54,168 nt of DNA from a virus (lineage: Duplodnaviria > Caudoviricetes), in IMG/VR virus record IMGVR_UViG_3300012663_001011, positions 1-54,168 of that record. One strand, written 5' to 3'. This document shows positions 1-9,079 of this stretch, piece after piece. The stretch's first letter is position 1, and the number at the start of each line of letters is the position of its first letter. The translations under genes and the position numbers were made by a program. Below the pieces are notes generated by a model. That model was not told the origin of the DNA. It did not search any database and was given only the letters and a program-made list of their open reading frames with translations.

Positions 1-3
1 TAT

Positions 4-77
4 GCGGGGTTCGTATAGTGGTAATACCTTAGCCTTCCAAGCTAATGCTGAGAGTTCGATTCTCTTACCCCGCTCCA
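4..77 (+). tRNA. tRNA-Gly (anticodon TCC)
   Basis: Cloverleaf: acceptor GCGGGGT/ACCCCGC, D-stem GTAT/ATAC, anticodon arm TTAGC-CTTCCAA-GCTAA, T-arm GAGAG-TTCGATT-CTCTT, encoded CCA. Confidence 0.95.
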
Positions 78-85
78 AGGATAAT

Positions 86-661
86 ATGCATACTGTGATA
101 GATCGAAATGATGTTTTTCGTAAGTTTGACTTTAGTTCTGTAATTACAGAAAAAGACAACGAGCAGGCCTGCGACATTATTAAAGGTATCATTTCAGGTG
201 GCAATTATTTTACAAATTCACCTAGATACCAAACTAAAGAAAATATTTTTAGCCGCTCTGAAGCAGTTTGGTTAAAGTATAGAATGAGTTTTTTGTTTAG
301 TGTGTTTATGTATCTAGGTCGTGAAGTCAAAGTCGGTAATATGATGGCTTGGAGTTTTATGACAAATCTCGAGGGTGCCGAAGAACGTGAAAAACTATGG
401 CACCACCACTGGCATCCCACAACACCAGATTGTAATATGTTAAGCGGAATTTTCTACTTACACATACCTAAAGATGTTAAAGACAGAGATTATTGTGGAA
501 CCGAAATGGCTCCAAATGGCCCAGAAGGTGACGGCAAGTTCTTTGTTACTCCTTCAGACTTTAACTGGACAATTTACCCAAGTAAAGAATGGCATCGACC
601 AGGCATTGTGCAAAGCAATGACTATAGATTTATTCTTGCCGTAGATATAGAATATCACTAA
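86..661 (+). CDS. Putative Fe(II)/2OG oxygenase-fold (cupin) protein, 191 aa
   Basis: Start moved to ATG 86 (AGGA upstream; 2-85 is the tRNA). Motifs WHHHWH...SGIFYL...YPSKEWHRP...RFILA match the HxH...H...R layout of phage 2OG oxygenases. Confidence 0.65.
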   Translation: MHTVIDRNDVFRKFDFSSVITEKDNEQACDIIKGIISGGNYFTNSPRYQTKENIFSRSEAVWLKYRMSFLFSVFMYLGREVKVGNMMAWSFMTNLEGAEEREKLWHHHWHPTTPDCNMLSGIFYLHIPKDVKDRDYCGTEMAPNGPEGDGKFFVTPSDFNWTIYPSKEWHRPGIVQSNDYRFILAVDIEYH

Positions 662-1321
662 ATGAAAACTGCTGTAGTTATTCCGGCAAGACTAGACAGC
701 ACTCGTTTTCCAAACAAGATGCTCTGCGATGTAGGCGGACAAACTCTGATACGTAGAGTATACGAACAATGCTTAAAAACAGGCTTTGATGTTTACGTTG
801 CTACAGACAGTCAAGAGATTGCTGATCAAGTAGACAATGCAGTTTTTGCCTATGACTGCGAAAATGGTACTGCACGTATTGCTGAGGCATACAAACAAAT
901 GCCACATTATGATTGCATTATTAATGTTCAGGGCGATATGGTTATAGTTCCTGTAGAAGATGTTCTTAAACTGCCTGCATTGTTAGATATGCACGATGTT
1001 GCTACGCTGAAACATCCAATGAATCTAGAACAGCAACACGACCCAAACACAGTTAAAGTAATATCCAGCGGTGATGAAGCACATTGGTTTTGTCGAGCAG
1101 CACTGAACTACGGCGATTGGCATTACGGCATATATGCTTATCGTACTCCTGCTCTAAAATGCTACAGAGATTTAAAAGTATATCCAGAAGAGTCGATAGA
1201 AAGCCTAGAACAACTGCGTTGGATACAAAACGGTTACACTATTGGCATCACTGATGCAGGACCTGCTGCCGAAATTAATACTCCTGCTGACTTGGCAACA
1301 TTTAAACACAACACGGCCTAA
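662..1321 (+). CDS. kdsB: 3-deoxy-manno-octulosonate cytidylyltransferase (CMP-Kdo synthetase)
   Basis: IPARLDSTRFPNK, VATD, NVQGD, HYGIYAY, ESLEQLRW signature motifs. Confidence 0.9.
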   Translation: MKTAVVIPARLDSTRFPNKMLCDVGGQTLIRRVYEQCLKTGFDVYVATDSQEIADQVDNAVFAYDCENGTARIAEAYKQMPHYDCIINVQGDMVIVPVEDVLKLPALLDMHDVATLKHPMNLEQQHDPNTVKVISSGDEAHWFCRAALNYGDWHYGIYAYRTPALKCYRDLKVYPEESIESLEQLRWIQNGYTIGITDAGPAAEINTPADLATFKHNTA

Positions 1322-1361
1322 CCCTCTAGAACATAGTCTCTACGGTTGGGTTCTTCTCTTT

Positions 1362-1436
1362 CCGGCGTTCGTATAATGGATAATACAGTACTCTTCTAAA
1401 GTACGAATATGGGTTCGATTCCTGTACGCCGGACCA
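1362..1436 (+). tRNA. tRNA-Arg (anticodon TCT)
   Basis: Acceptor CCGGCGT/ACGCCGG, D-stem GTAT/ATAC, anticodon arm GTACT-CTTCTAA-AGTAC, T-loop TTCGATT, encoded CCA. Confidence 0.93.
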
Positions 1437-1438
1437 AT

Positions 1439-2350
1439 TTATTTTTTAAATTCAAATTTTATAGACGATCCGGCATTAGTTGCAATGAATCGTTCGATAT
1501 TATTGCTAGGATCAAGGTCACCGACTGGAAACTCTAAATTGAGTTCTTCGGGAGCAATTTGCTTGTTAATCAACCATTGTTTAAAATGATCGCTGTTGTA
1601 TATGCTACTTCTATAATTATCAAGTTTAATATCGAGGTTTGCCCAGGTTCCGTTTATTTCAGAAACTGACGGGTAAGAAGGATCTTCTTCTTGTAGATAA
1701 CTTACCAAATATGTTTTACCTAGAATGTAATTAGCGAACGATACTGTGTGGTGCGTTTCGCCTAGGTGTTCAGATACTTCGTTGATTTCTTCTTTAGTGA
1801 ATCCGTAATGTAATTTTCTATTACTTCCAAAGTCAATATTTGTAGATAAGAACTTGTGTGGAAAGTTTTCTAAACAATGTTTTTCGGTCTCTGTGAGATT
1901 GCTAGCATTTTCTAAAGTATGAATAAGAAAATTTATATCCTTTGACGATACATCGACTTCGGATTTCCAATTATTTGATAATTCTTTATTATTAATATTC
2001 TCAGCAAGAAACAATTGTGTTTCAACAAACACATTATGTATTTGATTACACCAATGTTGATCTCTATTGAACACATCGGGTATTACTGGAAACTTAGACC
2101 ATTTCAGCTTGTCTTCAATTTTAAGATTTCGAAGAGTATTAATGCTTCTTAATAAATCTTGATACTTTCGATCAATATCAAAATACACCCTTGATCTAAT
2201 TCCTATACTGTGAATAGGCATTCCGCCTTTTATAGGGGTTAACTGTTGTAAGTTATAGCAATGATTAAACCATTTTTCAATTACTGGATGATCTAACACA
2301 TTGATTAATATTTTTTCTTTAGTAGTTAACGAATGGATTATAATCTGCAT
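1439..2350 (-). CDS. Hypothetical phage protein, 303 aa (MQIIIHS...)
   Basis: Long ORF. Start moved to ATG 2350, 4 nt after a perfect TATAAATA; the longer version overlaps a promoter and a plus-strand gene. Confidence 0.7.
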   Translation of the reverse strand: MQIIIHSLTTKEKILINVLDHPVIEKWFNHCYNLQQLTPIKGGMPIHSIGIRSRVYFDIDRKYQDLLRSINTLRNLKIEDKLKWSKFPVIPDVFNRDQHWCNQIHNVFVETQLFLAENINNKELSNNWKSEVDVSSKDINFLIHTLENASNLTETEKHCLENFPHKFLSTNIDFGSNRKLHYGFTKEEINEVSEHLGETHHTVSFANYILGKTYLVSYLQEEDPSYPSVSEINGTWANLDIKLDNYRSSIYNSDHFKQWLINKQIAPEELNLEFPVGDLDPSNNIERFIATNAGSSIKFEFKK

Positions 2351-2354
2351 CAGA

Positions 2355-2362
2355 TATTTATA
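2355..2362 (-). promoter_or_regulatory. T4-late-like promoter TATAAATA
   Basis: Exact T4 gp55 late consensus, 4 nt upstream of ATG 2350. Confidence 0.65.
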
Positions 2363-2367
2363 ACCAC

Positions 2368-2396
2368 TTGACAGATGCACAAAAAGAATGTATAAT
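2368..2396 (+). promoter_or_regulatory. Sigma70-type promoter
   Basis: TTGACA-N17-TATAAT perfect consensus; predicted +1 coincides with ATG 2403 (leaderless). Confidence 0.85.
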
Positions 2397-2402
2397 AATA
2401 GA

Positions 2403-2636
2403 ATGTATAAAGTAATAAGTAAAGTAGGGCTTACACTTAATGTATGTCCAAATTTAAAAGAGGCAATGGAATTTTCTAAAACAGTTGGAATGTTTGTGAC
2501 TATCAAAGGCTCAGACTTTGAAGTATGTGGAATATTTGGTGTAGACACAATTAAAGATGGAAAATGTCCAGATGGTGGTGTGTACGATTGGAACAAAGCA
2601 AGTCGCATTGGTCGTGTAAAGAAAGAACGAGTATGA
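2403..2636 (+). CDS. Hypothetical protein, 77 aa
   Basis: ORF; start chosen downstream of the -10 box; ATGA overlap with next gene. Confidence 0.7.
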   Translation: MYKVISKVGLTLNVCPNLKEAMEFSKTVGMFVTIKGSDFEVCGIFGVDTIKDGKCPDGGVYDWNKASRIGRVKKERV

Positions 2637-2761
2637 GAAGTACTATTGATGCCATCGTTATATTCTGTATGTTTATAGCACTATACATCAATTGGACCGA
2701 TTTTCCTAAACCAAGACAGACAGTAATCGGAACGTTAATTAAGATCGGAGTTGAAGAATGA
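2633..2761 (+). CDS. Small membrane peptide, 42 aa
   Basis: ATGA-coupled to both neighbours; hydrophobic stretch AIVIFCMFIALYI. Confidence 0.55.
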   Translation: MRSTIDAIVIFCMFIALYINWTDFPKPRQTVIGTLIKIGVEE

Positions 2762-2994
2762 GAGAATTTGAAAGTATACAAGGTGACAATTTAGAAGAGT
2801 CTGATATGGCACAACTGCTATCAGTAACTATGAATATCGATGCTGTTGCAAAAATTCGAAACAAGATAGGAAAAGGTCCCAGCCTAAGCCATTGTAATGA
2901 ATGCGGCGAGGAAATTCCAAAGGCTCGTCAAGAGGCTGTACAGGGATGCAAATTATGCATTGAATGTCAAACAGCCAACGAAAGATTGAGATAA
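2758..2994 (+). CDS. TraR/DksA C4-type zinc-finger protein
   Basis: CNECGEEIPKARQEAVQGCKLCIECQ matches the DksA/TraR zinc finger; acidic N-terminal helix (EESDMAQ). Confidence 0.88.
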   Translation: MREFESIQGDNLEESDMAQLLSVTMNIDAVAKIRNKIGKGPSLSHCNECGEEIPKARQEAVQGCKLCIECQTANERLR

Positions 2995-3024
2995 GTGGAC
3001 TGAGTGTGGTATAAGAACAACACC

Positions 3025-3055
3025 AACCCCTGTCCAATTGACGGGGTTTCTTTTT
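3025..3055 (+). terminator. Rho-independent terminator-like hairpin overlapping the next -35 box
   Basis: AACCCC(T)GTC-CAATT-GACGGGGTT followed by TCTTTTT. Confidence 0.55.
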
Positions 3056-3066
3056 GATGTTATAAT
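3038..3066 (+). promoter_or_regulatory. Sigma70-type promoter
   Basis: TTGACG-N17-TATAAT with TGn extended -10; AAGGAG SD follows. Confidence 0.75.
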
Positions 3067-3084
3067 ACTATTAAGGAGAGCGAG

Positions 3085-3291
3085 ATGCAGATATCAAGAG
3101 CAGAGCAGAGCGTTATAAAATATAATCAAGAACAATATCGCTTGGATCAAGCTCGTTTGGAAAAACAACGAACTGATGATTATGCTAAAAAGATTGAAGA
3201 ACGTAGATTTGAACAGATTATTGCAGACAGGGTCCGCAGGAATATACGTTTAGATTTAGACAAAGGTCGTAATATCGACATAGAGTGTTAA
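3085..3291 (+). CDS. Hypothetical protein, 68 aa
   Basis: ORF with strong AAGGAG SD. Confidence 0.75.
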   Translation: MQISRAEQSVIKYNQEQYRLDQARLEKQRTDDYAKKIEERRFEQIIADRVRRNIRLDLDKGRNIDIEC

Positions 3292-3301
3292 GGAGAGAAT
3301 T

Positions 3302-3769
3302 ATGCCGTGGATTGAAAATGTAGCAGCCGCCGATATCCCAATTGGGTTTCATCACGATGCTGGCCCAAATAGTATGCTGATCAGCATTGTTGATCCTGCT
3401 AGCTGGCGACCTGAAGCCAAGCATCAGTTCAAAGAGCGTCATAACTTTGAGTTCTTGGACATTGAAGAAAAAGACTTTGCCCTAGAAGAAGCTATGCGCT
3501 GTAGCCAAGAGCAAGCTGATGAGCTTGTTCGATTACTGCAACACGCACTAGACAATCGTATGAACGTTGTTGTTCATTGTTACGCAGGTATTTGTCGTAG
3601 CGGTGCTGTATGTGAAGTTGGTGTTATGATGGGCTTTAACGACACTGAACGTTTCCGTAGCCCTAACTTGTTAGTTAAGCATCGTATGATGAAAGCCTTA
3701 GGCTGGACCTACGATGAGAACGAAAAGCCAAACATTGATGATTGGCGTACTTTTAGGAATGACCTATGA
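3302..3769 (+). CDS. Protein tyrosine/dual-specificity phosphatase-like protein
   Basis: VVVHCYAGICRS = HCX5R motif; AGGAG SD. Confidence 0.8.
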   Translation: MPWIENVAAADIPIGFHHDAGPNSMLISIVDPASWRPEAKHQFKERHNFEFLDIEEKDFALEEAMRCSQEQADELVRLLQHALDNRMNVVVHCYAGICRSGAVCEVGVMMGFNDTERFRSPNLLVKHRMMKALGWTYDENEKPNIDDWRTFRNDL

Positions 3770-3957
3770 TTAATTTAAATGTATTCGAATTAGATAAGAT
3801 TAAAAAAATCTGCGAAGCTGTAGGTACAGAGTATTTTACTTTAACACAAGAAAGTAATTCTGGTATTGGCAGTGTTTTAACATTAACTTACGAAACAGAA
3901 ATAGCAGATCATCCTGCTACAGTATCGATTGAAGTAACTGGTGTAGAAAACTGGTAA
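3766..3957 (+). CDS. Hypothetical protein, 63 aa
   Basis: ATGA overlap with previous gene. Confidence 0.65.
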   Translation: MINLNVFELDKIKKICEAVGTEYFTLTQESNSGIGSVLTLTYETEIADHPATVSIEVTGVENW

Positions 3958-3972
3958 AGAAAGGAGGGCAAG

Positions 3973-4578
3973 ATGCCTAGTGTATTTTTAGTAAGCGACA
4001 CGCATTTCGGACATACCGGTGTATGTCGCTTCACACGTAACGATGGAGTTACAAAATTACGTCCGTGGGACTCTGCTGAGGAAATGGATGAAGCTATGGT
4101 TAAAGCGTGGAACGAACGGGTAAAGCCCACTGACAAGGTCTACCATTTGGGCGATGTTGTTATTAACCGCAAGGCCTTAGGAATTATGCGTAGGTTGAAC
4201 GGTGACAAAGTGTTAATCCGTGGAAACCACGATATTTTTAAAGATGACGACTATAGACAACATTTCCGCGAGTTACGTGCTTACCACGTTATGAACGGTA
4301 TGATCCTTAGCCATATTCCGTTACACAGCGATTCGATGGGTCGTTTTGGAGTTAACATTCACGGGCATTTGCACTCAAATCGAGTTCGTAAGGCTCGTGG
4401 AGTTGACGCTAAAACAGGTGAAATTTTGTACAGTGATGAAATTGATCCTAGGTACCATTGCGTTTGTGTAGAACAAACACCAAACTTTGCTCCTATTTTA
4501 TTCGAAGATGTGTTAAAACGCATTGAAGAAGAAGGTGGTACAGTAGGGTTTAAAAATGGTAACGGACCTACAATGTAG
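3973..4578 (+). CDS. Calcineurin-like metallophosphoesterase
   Basis: SDTHFGH, HLGDV, RGNHD, LSHIP, HGHLH motifs; AGGAGG SD. Confidence 0.9.
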   Translation: MPSVFLVSDTHFGHTGVCRFTRNDGVTKLRPWDSAEEMDEAMVKAWNERVKPTDKVYHLGDVVINRKALGIMRRLNGDKVLIRGNHDIFKDDDYRQHFRELRAYHVMNGMILSHIPLHSDSMGRFGVNIHGHLHSNRVRKARGVDAKTGEILYSDEIDPRYHCVCVEQTPNFAPILFEDVLKRIEEEGGTVGFKNGNGPTM

Positions 4579-4595
4579 CGTTATCTATGTAGTTT

Positions 4596-4622
4596 AATAG
4601 GGCCTACGGGCCCTATTTTTTT
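4596..4622 (+). terminator. Rho-independent terminator
   Basis: AATAGGGCC-TACG-GGCCCTATT (cUACGg tetraloop) plus T-tract. Confidence 0.85.
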
Positions 4623-4647
4623 GGCTCTACGTTCTGAACGAGCGGCA

Positions 4648-4653
4648 TAAATA
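4648..4653 (+). promoter_or_regulatory. Late-type promoter (TAAATA)
   Basis: TAAATA between the terminator and the tail-fibre-like gene. Confidence 0.55.
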
Positions 4654-4691
4654 CTAACAGCTAAGAAAATATTGCCCCAGGAGTTTTTAAT

Positions 4692-6191
4692 ATGCCTTTA
4701 CAGATTCGCAGAGGTCCTACACTAGACCGTGAAGATTACACACCGCTCATAGGCGAGCTAGTTTATGACACGACCACAGGAGCTGTGTATGTCGGAGACG
4801 GCGAAACAGCAGGTGGTACCTCGGTATCAAACTTTACACCAGAAGATGCGGCAGACGCTGTAGCGGCTGTATTAGCTGCTGGTACACATTCCGGTATCAC
4901 ATTTGAATACCAAGATTCATTAAACAAAATTAACGCAACAGTAGGCGGCACAGTAGTTGCTACTATACGTTCAGAAGGTAATGTACTATTAGTAGATTCT
5001 GTACTAGGCTCAATCAACCTAGACGGAACTGTTAAAGGACACATTACTCCAGCAGTAAATTCAACATACGATTTAGGTACAGACAGTTTCAAGTTTAGAG
5101 ACTTATATCTTTCTGGATCAAGTATCCATTTAGGGACTGCCGTAATTACGGCTCCCGGAACTTGGGTAAATTTACCAGCAGGATCATTAGTTGGCGGCAT
5201 TCCTATTTCATCAAGCGTAACCGGTGACGGTGTTGTTGCTGGATCAAATTATAATATTAATATTATCGGCGATGATAGTACGATGATTCTTAATTCATCG
5301 TCAAGAACATTAGTAGCTAGTGTAACAGGTAACACTACTGGATTTCACAGTGGTAACGTAACTGGTAACTTACTAGGTAACGTAACTGGTAACTCAACAG
5401 GCTACCATACAGGTGATGTTAAAGGCAGTGTGTTTGGAGACGACAGCAGTTTAATAGTAGACGCAATAGGTGGAAACCTATACGGTGCATTAACTGGTAA
5501 CGTTAGAGGGTCTGTAATTGGCGCTGGCGCAGAGACACTAGTTGATGCTGTTAGTAATACAATTTTTGCTCGTGTTGAGGCCCCTTCGTTAACTGTTACG
5601 GGTCAGGCACAAGTTATTTGTGGAGGTGGAAATTTCTTAACAATCGAAGGCCAAACGGCAACTGGAACAACCGCAGCTCAAATGTCGATAAAGGGAACAC
5701 GCTACAGCGGAGAAGCTTATGCAGCCGTTCAAAATAACGATAATCTTGCTAACATTACCTTTGACGGATACAACGGTACTACATTTAAGAAAGCTGTAGT
5801 TCTTTCATCAACAGTCAACAGTACAATTACGGGCGCAGGAGCATTTGATAACACGTTTACTCTTAACGTATTAAATCAAGGAAACTCATATCAACAGTTT
5901 GGCTTTTCGGGCTATGGTGTATTCACAACATTGTCTGTAGGATTTACTCCGTTAACTAGTGTACAAATTGGATCAGTAACTCCTTTTGAAGGCGGAGTTG
6001 TTTACAACACTGATGTTAACAGATTGCAATTGTATACTGGAGCAGCGTTTGAGAGTTTAGCTACATTTGTTACAGTGCCTGCTACAAGTAGTTCAGCAGG
6101 ATTTAAAGGACAGTATTCTGCAGATGCTAACTATGCTTACATTTGTTACGATACCAATCTTTGGATTAGAGTCGCAAAATCTGCTTGGTAA
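4692..6191 (+). CDS. Tail fibre-like virion protein, 499 aa
   Basis: Mtd_N-like start (LQIRRG...GELVYDTTT), GNVTG low-complexity repeats, GSVFGDDSSLIVDA module shared with 50666, C-terminal YAYIC...WIRVA module shared with 52692. Confidence 0.75.
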   Translation: MPLQIRRGPTLDREDYTPLIGELVYDTTTGAVYVGDGETAGGTSVSNFTPEDAADAVAAVLAAGTHSGITFEYQDSLNKINATVGGTVVATIRSEGNVLLVDSVLGSINLDGTVKGHITPAVNSTYDLGTDSFKFRDLYLSGSSIHLGTAVITAPGTWVNLPAGSLVGGIPISSSVTGDGVVAGSNYNINIIGDDSTMILNSSSRTLVASVTGNTTGFHSGNVTGNLLGNVTGNSTGYHTGDVKGSVFGDDSSLIVDAIGGNLYGALTGNVRGSVIGAGAETLVDAVSNTIFARVEAPSLTVTGQAQVICGGGNFLTIEGQTATGTTAAQMSIKGTRYSGEAYAAVQNNDNLANITFDGYNGTTFKKAVVLSSTVNSTITGAGAFDNTFTLNVLNQGNSYQQFGFSGYGVFTTLSVGFTPLTSVQIGSVTPFEGGVVYNTDVNRLQLYTGAAFESLATFVTVPATSSSAGFKGQYSADANYAYICYDTNLWIRVAKSAW

Positions 6192-6192
6192 A

Positions 6193-7011
6193 ATGTCGAT
6201 ATACAATGATCTACTACACAAAGGTTTTTGTGTAGTAGAAAATCTAGTAGACAACTCGTTGTTAGAATTACTCAACAACGATTTTAATTTAATTAAGAAT
6301 TTTCCTGTAAGTAAACACTATCCAGTATTGCCTGTAGGAAAAAAACTTCCAGTAACTGATTTGCTAAACAAAGTAATAGACCCATTAAGCGAGTCTATTA
6401 AAAACAACACTGGCATATCAACTAATGTTCATCCAACTCCGGTTTATTTTTCTATAAAGCACGGGGTAAATTTTGATTGGCACCAAGACCACGAAAGTTT
6501 TTATCAAACTGGTGACCACTCAAATTATCTCAATATCTATATTCCTATATACAAAACCGATCCTGCATTATCAAATGTATGCGTGATAAACTTTGAAAAA
6601 TTGTTAGATCTAGATCCTAGTCTTGCTTTTCTAAAAGGCTACGGCGCAACACGATTTTCCTGCAAAGATAACAAAACAATAATAAAAGACGACAATACAG
6701 ATAAAGAAACTGTTTTAAATTTTAATATAAATCAAATAGCAGATTGCCCTAATCTAAAAGTAGGCGATGCCCTAATTATGAGAGGCGATTGTATTCATAG
6801 AACTCAAGATACATTAACAGATCGAGTATCTATATCAATAAGACGAATGGACTGTAATACTATAATCAACAAATCAAATTTTGACATTAACAGTCAGGTA
6901 AAAGAATTTATTTTCAAGAATAGCGAAGACTACTATCAGAAACTAATAAGTAAGTTTAGTAATAACGATGAGATTAAGCTAGGGGATTTACTTGATTTAC
7001 ATACCAGATGA
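6193..7011 (+). CDS. PhyH-like Fe(II)/2OG dioxygenase, 272 aa
   Basis: WHQD...GDALIMRGDCIHRT...RVSISIR; start moved to ATG 6193, right after the previous stop. Confidence 0.75.
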   Translation: MSIYNDLLHKGFCVVENLVDNSLLELLNNDFNLIKNFPVSKHYPVLPVGKKLPVTDLLNKVIDPLSESIKNNTGISTNVHPTPVYFSIKHGVNFDWHQDHESFYQTGDHSNYLNIYIPIYKTDPALSNVCVINFEKLLDLDPSLAFLKGYGATRFSCKDNKTIIKDDNTDKETVLNFNINQIADCPNLKVGDALIMRGDCIHRTQDTLTDRVSISIRRMDCNTIINKSNFDINSQVKEFIFKNSEDYYQKLISKFSNNDEIKLGDLLDLHTR

Positions 7012-7816
7012 AAAAGCTCTACAAGAAAGAGAGAAAGAAAAAGCAAACGCTGATAAGTTTATAGAATTTATATCAGAGCAGCGCAAACAGCAGATTGGAT
7101 TATACGGAGCTGCCGGAGCTCAAAGGCCTTCTGATCTAGAAAACAAGTACGGAAAATATTTGTTTGTTCCGTTGGCGCTGCCTATATTTGAAGTGCCGGA
7201 CAAAGAGCATTTCTTTGCTTGGTGGAGTTCTCATATGGCTATCACTAAAAAGCTAGGCGGCGATGCAGTTATGAGTGGGTATGGTATAACTCCGTTTGAG
7301 ACCATAGACATTGTAAATGAAATTGGAAATCAGTGGTGGGAAGCAAACAATCAGCGAGAAAGTTTTAAAAGTGAATTTCCAAAACTATGGCAACAGTTTA
7401 ATGACTATCTACCATTTGATAAATTACTACGGTTAACCTTTTGGTCTAGTAGACACGCTATTCAAGAGCATAGAGACAGTGCAGAATTTATGGATGCACC
7501 TGGGTCTTTGAGAGTAATGCTGTATGATAACAATCCCGAAGAAACATTGTATGTATTCGATAACCCGCTAAGTCCCTTTGAATCAGGGGAACCTCATATG
7601 TTACCTAGAGCACCAGGCACTAACTCTTTTGTATGGAATAATCTAAGAGTCAAACACGGTAGCATTTATAATCCAGGGCATAAAAAAGTACTCGCGTTTG
7701 CGGCTGGATTGTTTAATATCGATAAGTATGAAGAGCTAATGGAAAACAGTTTAAATCTTTATAAAGATTACTGTATTACCAGTAAATACTCTATAGAACA
7801 ATACGTTAATCTCTAA
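6992..7816 (+). CDS. Putative Fe(II)/2OG oxygenase-fold protein
   Basis: EHRD...VKHGS facial-triad pattern; AGGGGA SD before TTG. Confidence 0.55.
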   Translation: MIYIPDEKALQEREKEKANADKFIEFISEQRKQQIGLYGAAGAQRPSDLENKYGKYLFVPLALPIFEVPDKEHFFAWWSSHMAITKKLGGDAVMSGYGITPFETIDIVNEIGNQWWEANNQRESFKSEFPKLWQQFNDYLPFDKLLRLTFWSSRHAIQEHRDSAEFMDAPGSLRVMLYDNNPEETLYVFDNPLSPFESGEPHMLPRAPGTNSFVWNNLRVKHGSIYNPGHKKVLAFAAGLFNIDKYEELMENSLNLYKDYCITSKYSIEQYVNL

Positions 7817-7817
7817 T

Positions 7818-8411
7818 ATGAAAATCTTTAATTGGTTTAAAAAGAAAGAAGTTGAAAACATATTCCACCAATGGGTTAAATTCCCTGTGCAACCTGGCGT
7901 TGACTTGTTTAAGGAATTTCCAGAACATACTGATTGTTCAGGACACGTACAAGTTCCTGTGGAAATGTTAGATAAAGAGTTTGTTTATTTTTTTAAACAG
8001 TTCGATATTGCACCGGATCTGTGGGAAGCATTTTATACAGCGCCGTTTGGCAAGATTTGGGTACACACAGATACCGCAGGATTTGGCGATGCTTGTAAAA
8101 TAAATTGGACCTGGGGTTCTAATCTAAGTGAAACTCGATGGTGGGATGTAAAAGATCCTACTAAACTAGAACCTATTGTTACAGACTTTGGTGTAAATTA
8201 TTTACGAGCAGAAGAAGAAAACTGTAGATTGCTGTATAAGCAAACAATGACTAAACCGAGTATTGTTCAAGTTGGTTTACTTCACAGCACATATAACCCA
8301 GATGTAACTGGAAGGTGGACTTTATGTTTGCCGCTACTAACTAAAGATAAAGTAGATCGATACAGTTGGGTAGATACTCACGAAATGTTCAAAGATTATT
8401 TAGACAAGTAA
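7818..8411 (+). CDS. Putative Fe(II)/2OG oxygenase-fold protein
   Basis: VHTD...LHSTYN...RWTLCL pattern. Confidence 0.6.
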   Translation: MKIFNWFKKKEVENIFHQWVKFPVQPGVDLFKEFPEHTDCSGHVQVPVEMLDKEFVYFFKQFDIAPDLWEAFYTAPFGKIWVHTDTAGFGDACKINWTWGSNLSETRWWDVKDPTKLEPIVTDFGVNYLRAEEENCRLLYKQTMTKPSIVQVGLLHSTYNPDVTGRWTLCLPLLTKDKVDRYSWVDTHEMFKDYLDK

Positions 8412-9079
8412 TAGAAAGTAAACCCGCCCCATTTTCCACGGAATAAACTGAAAAAATCTACACCTAGCCCAAAAATGCTAGGTGTTACCTTGAGTAACTT
8501 CCATTCGTTAAAATAGCCCAGTGCTTGTCTATTTGTAAAGCTCAATTCAAACGGAATACTAAGTTGATCTAATTCAAAACACTCAGTTACAAACTTAGGA
8601 CGAATTTTACGTTGAATCCATTTTCCGTATTTGTTGTATAACCCTACCATAATATATTTGTGAGAAAAACTTTTTAATTTTTCAACAGCGCCGTCAAAGT
8701 CAGGCATATGATGAATAGATCCGTTACTAAGAACTAAATCAAATGTCTGAGTTGACTCAAACTCAAAAAAGTTTTGCTGAACCCATTTGACGTTTTTTAA
8801 TTTCAACTCTTTGCTTATTTTTTGACCGTGGTTAATTGTATCGCTAAAATCTACGGCAACAATTTCTATGTTGGGGAAATTGTATGCTATTACATTAGTG
8901 ATAAACCCACTACCGCAGCCAATGTCGAGAATAGTAGAAATATTGTGTTCTTCTATAAATTTTAAATATCGTTCGTATATAAGATAGTCGCCGTGGTCGA
9001 CAACTTCGTCAGATGAATACAATCCGGGAAAAGTTACTGTGTCGTAAAATTCTTTAATTTCTGTTTCTTTAGGAGTCAT
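8396..9079 (-). CDS. Class I SAM-dependent methyltransferase
   Basis: ILDIGCGSG, VAVDFS, FDLVLSNGSIHH, GLYNKYG. Confidence 0.88.
   Translation of the reverse strand: MTPKETEIKEFYDTVTFPGLYSSDEVVDHGDYLIYERYLKFIEEHNISTILDIGCGSGFITNVIAYNFPNIEIVAVDFSDTINHGQKISKELKLKNVKWVQQNFFEFESTQTFDLVLSNGSIHHMPDFDGAVEKLKSFSHKYIMVGLYNKYGKWIQRKIRPKFVTECFELDQLSIPFELSFTNRQALGYFNEWKLLKVTPSIFGLGVDFFSLFRGKWGGFTFYYLSK

Noticed and set aside
2-85. N-terminal extension of ORF 2..661
   Set aside because: It is the tRNA-Gly gene; ATG 86 has an SD.
2351-2608. N-terminal extension of minus ORF 1439..2608
   Set aside because: It overlaps two promoters and a plus-strand gene; ATG 2350 follows TATAAATA.
4692-6191. Diversity-generating retroelement target (Mtd-like N-terminus)
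   Set aside because: No reverse transcriptase or TR/VR pair seen in the window; similarity is limited to the N-terminal anchor.
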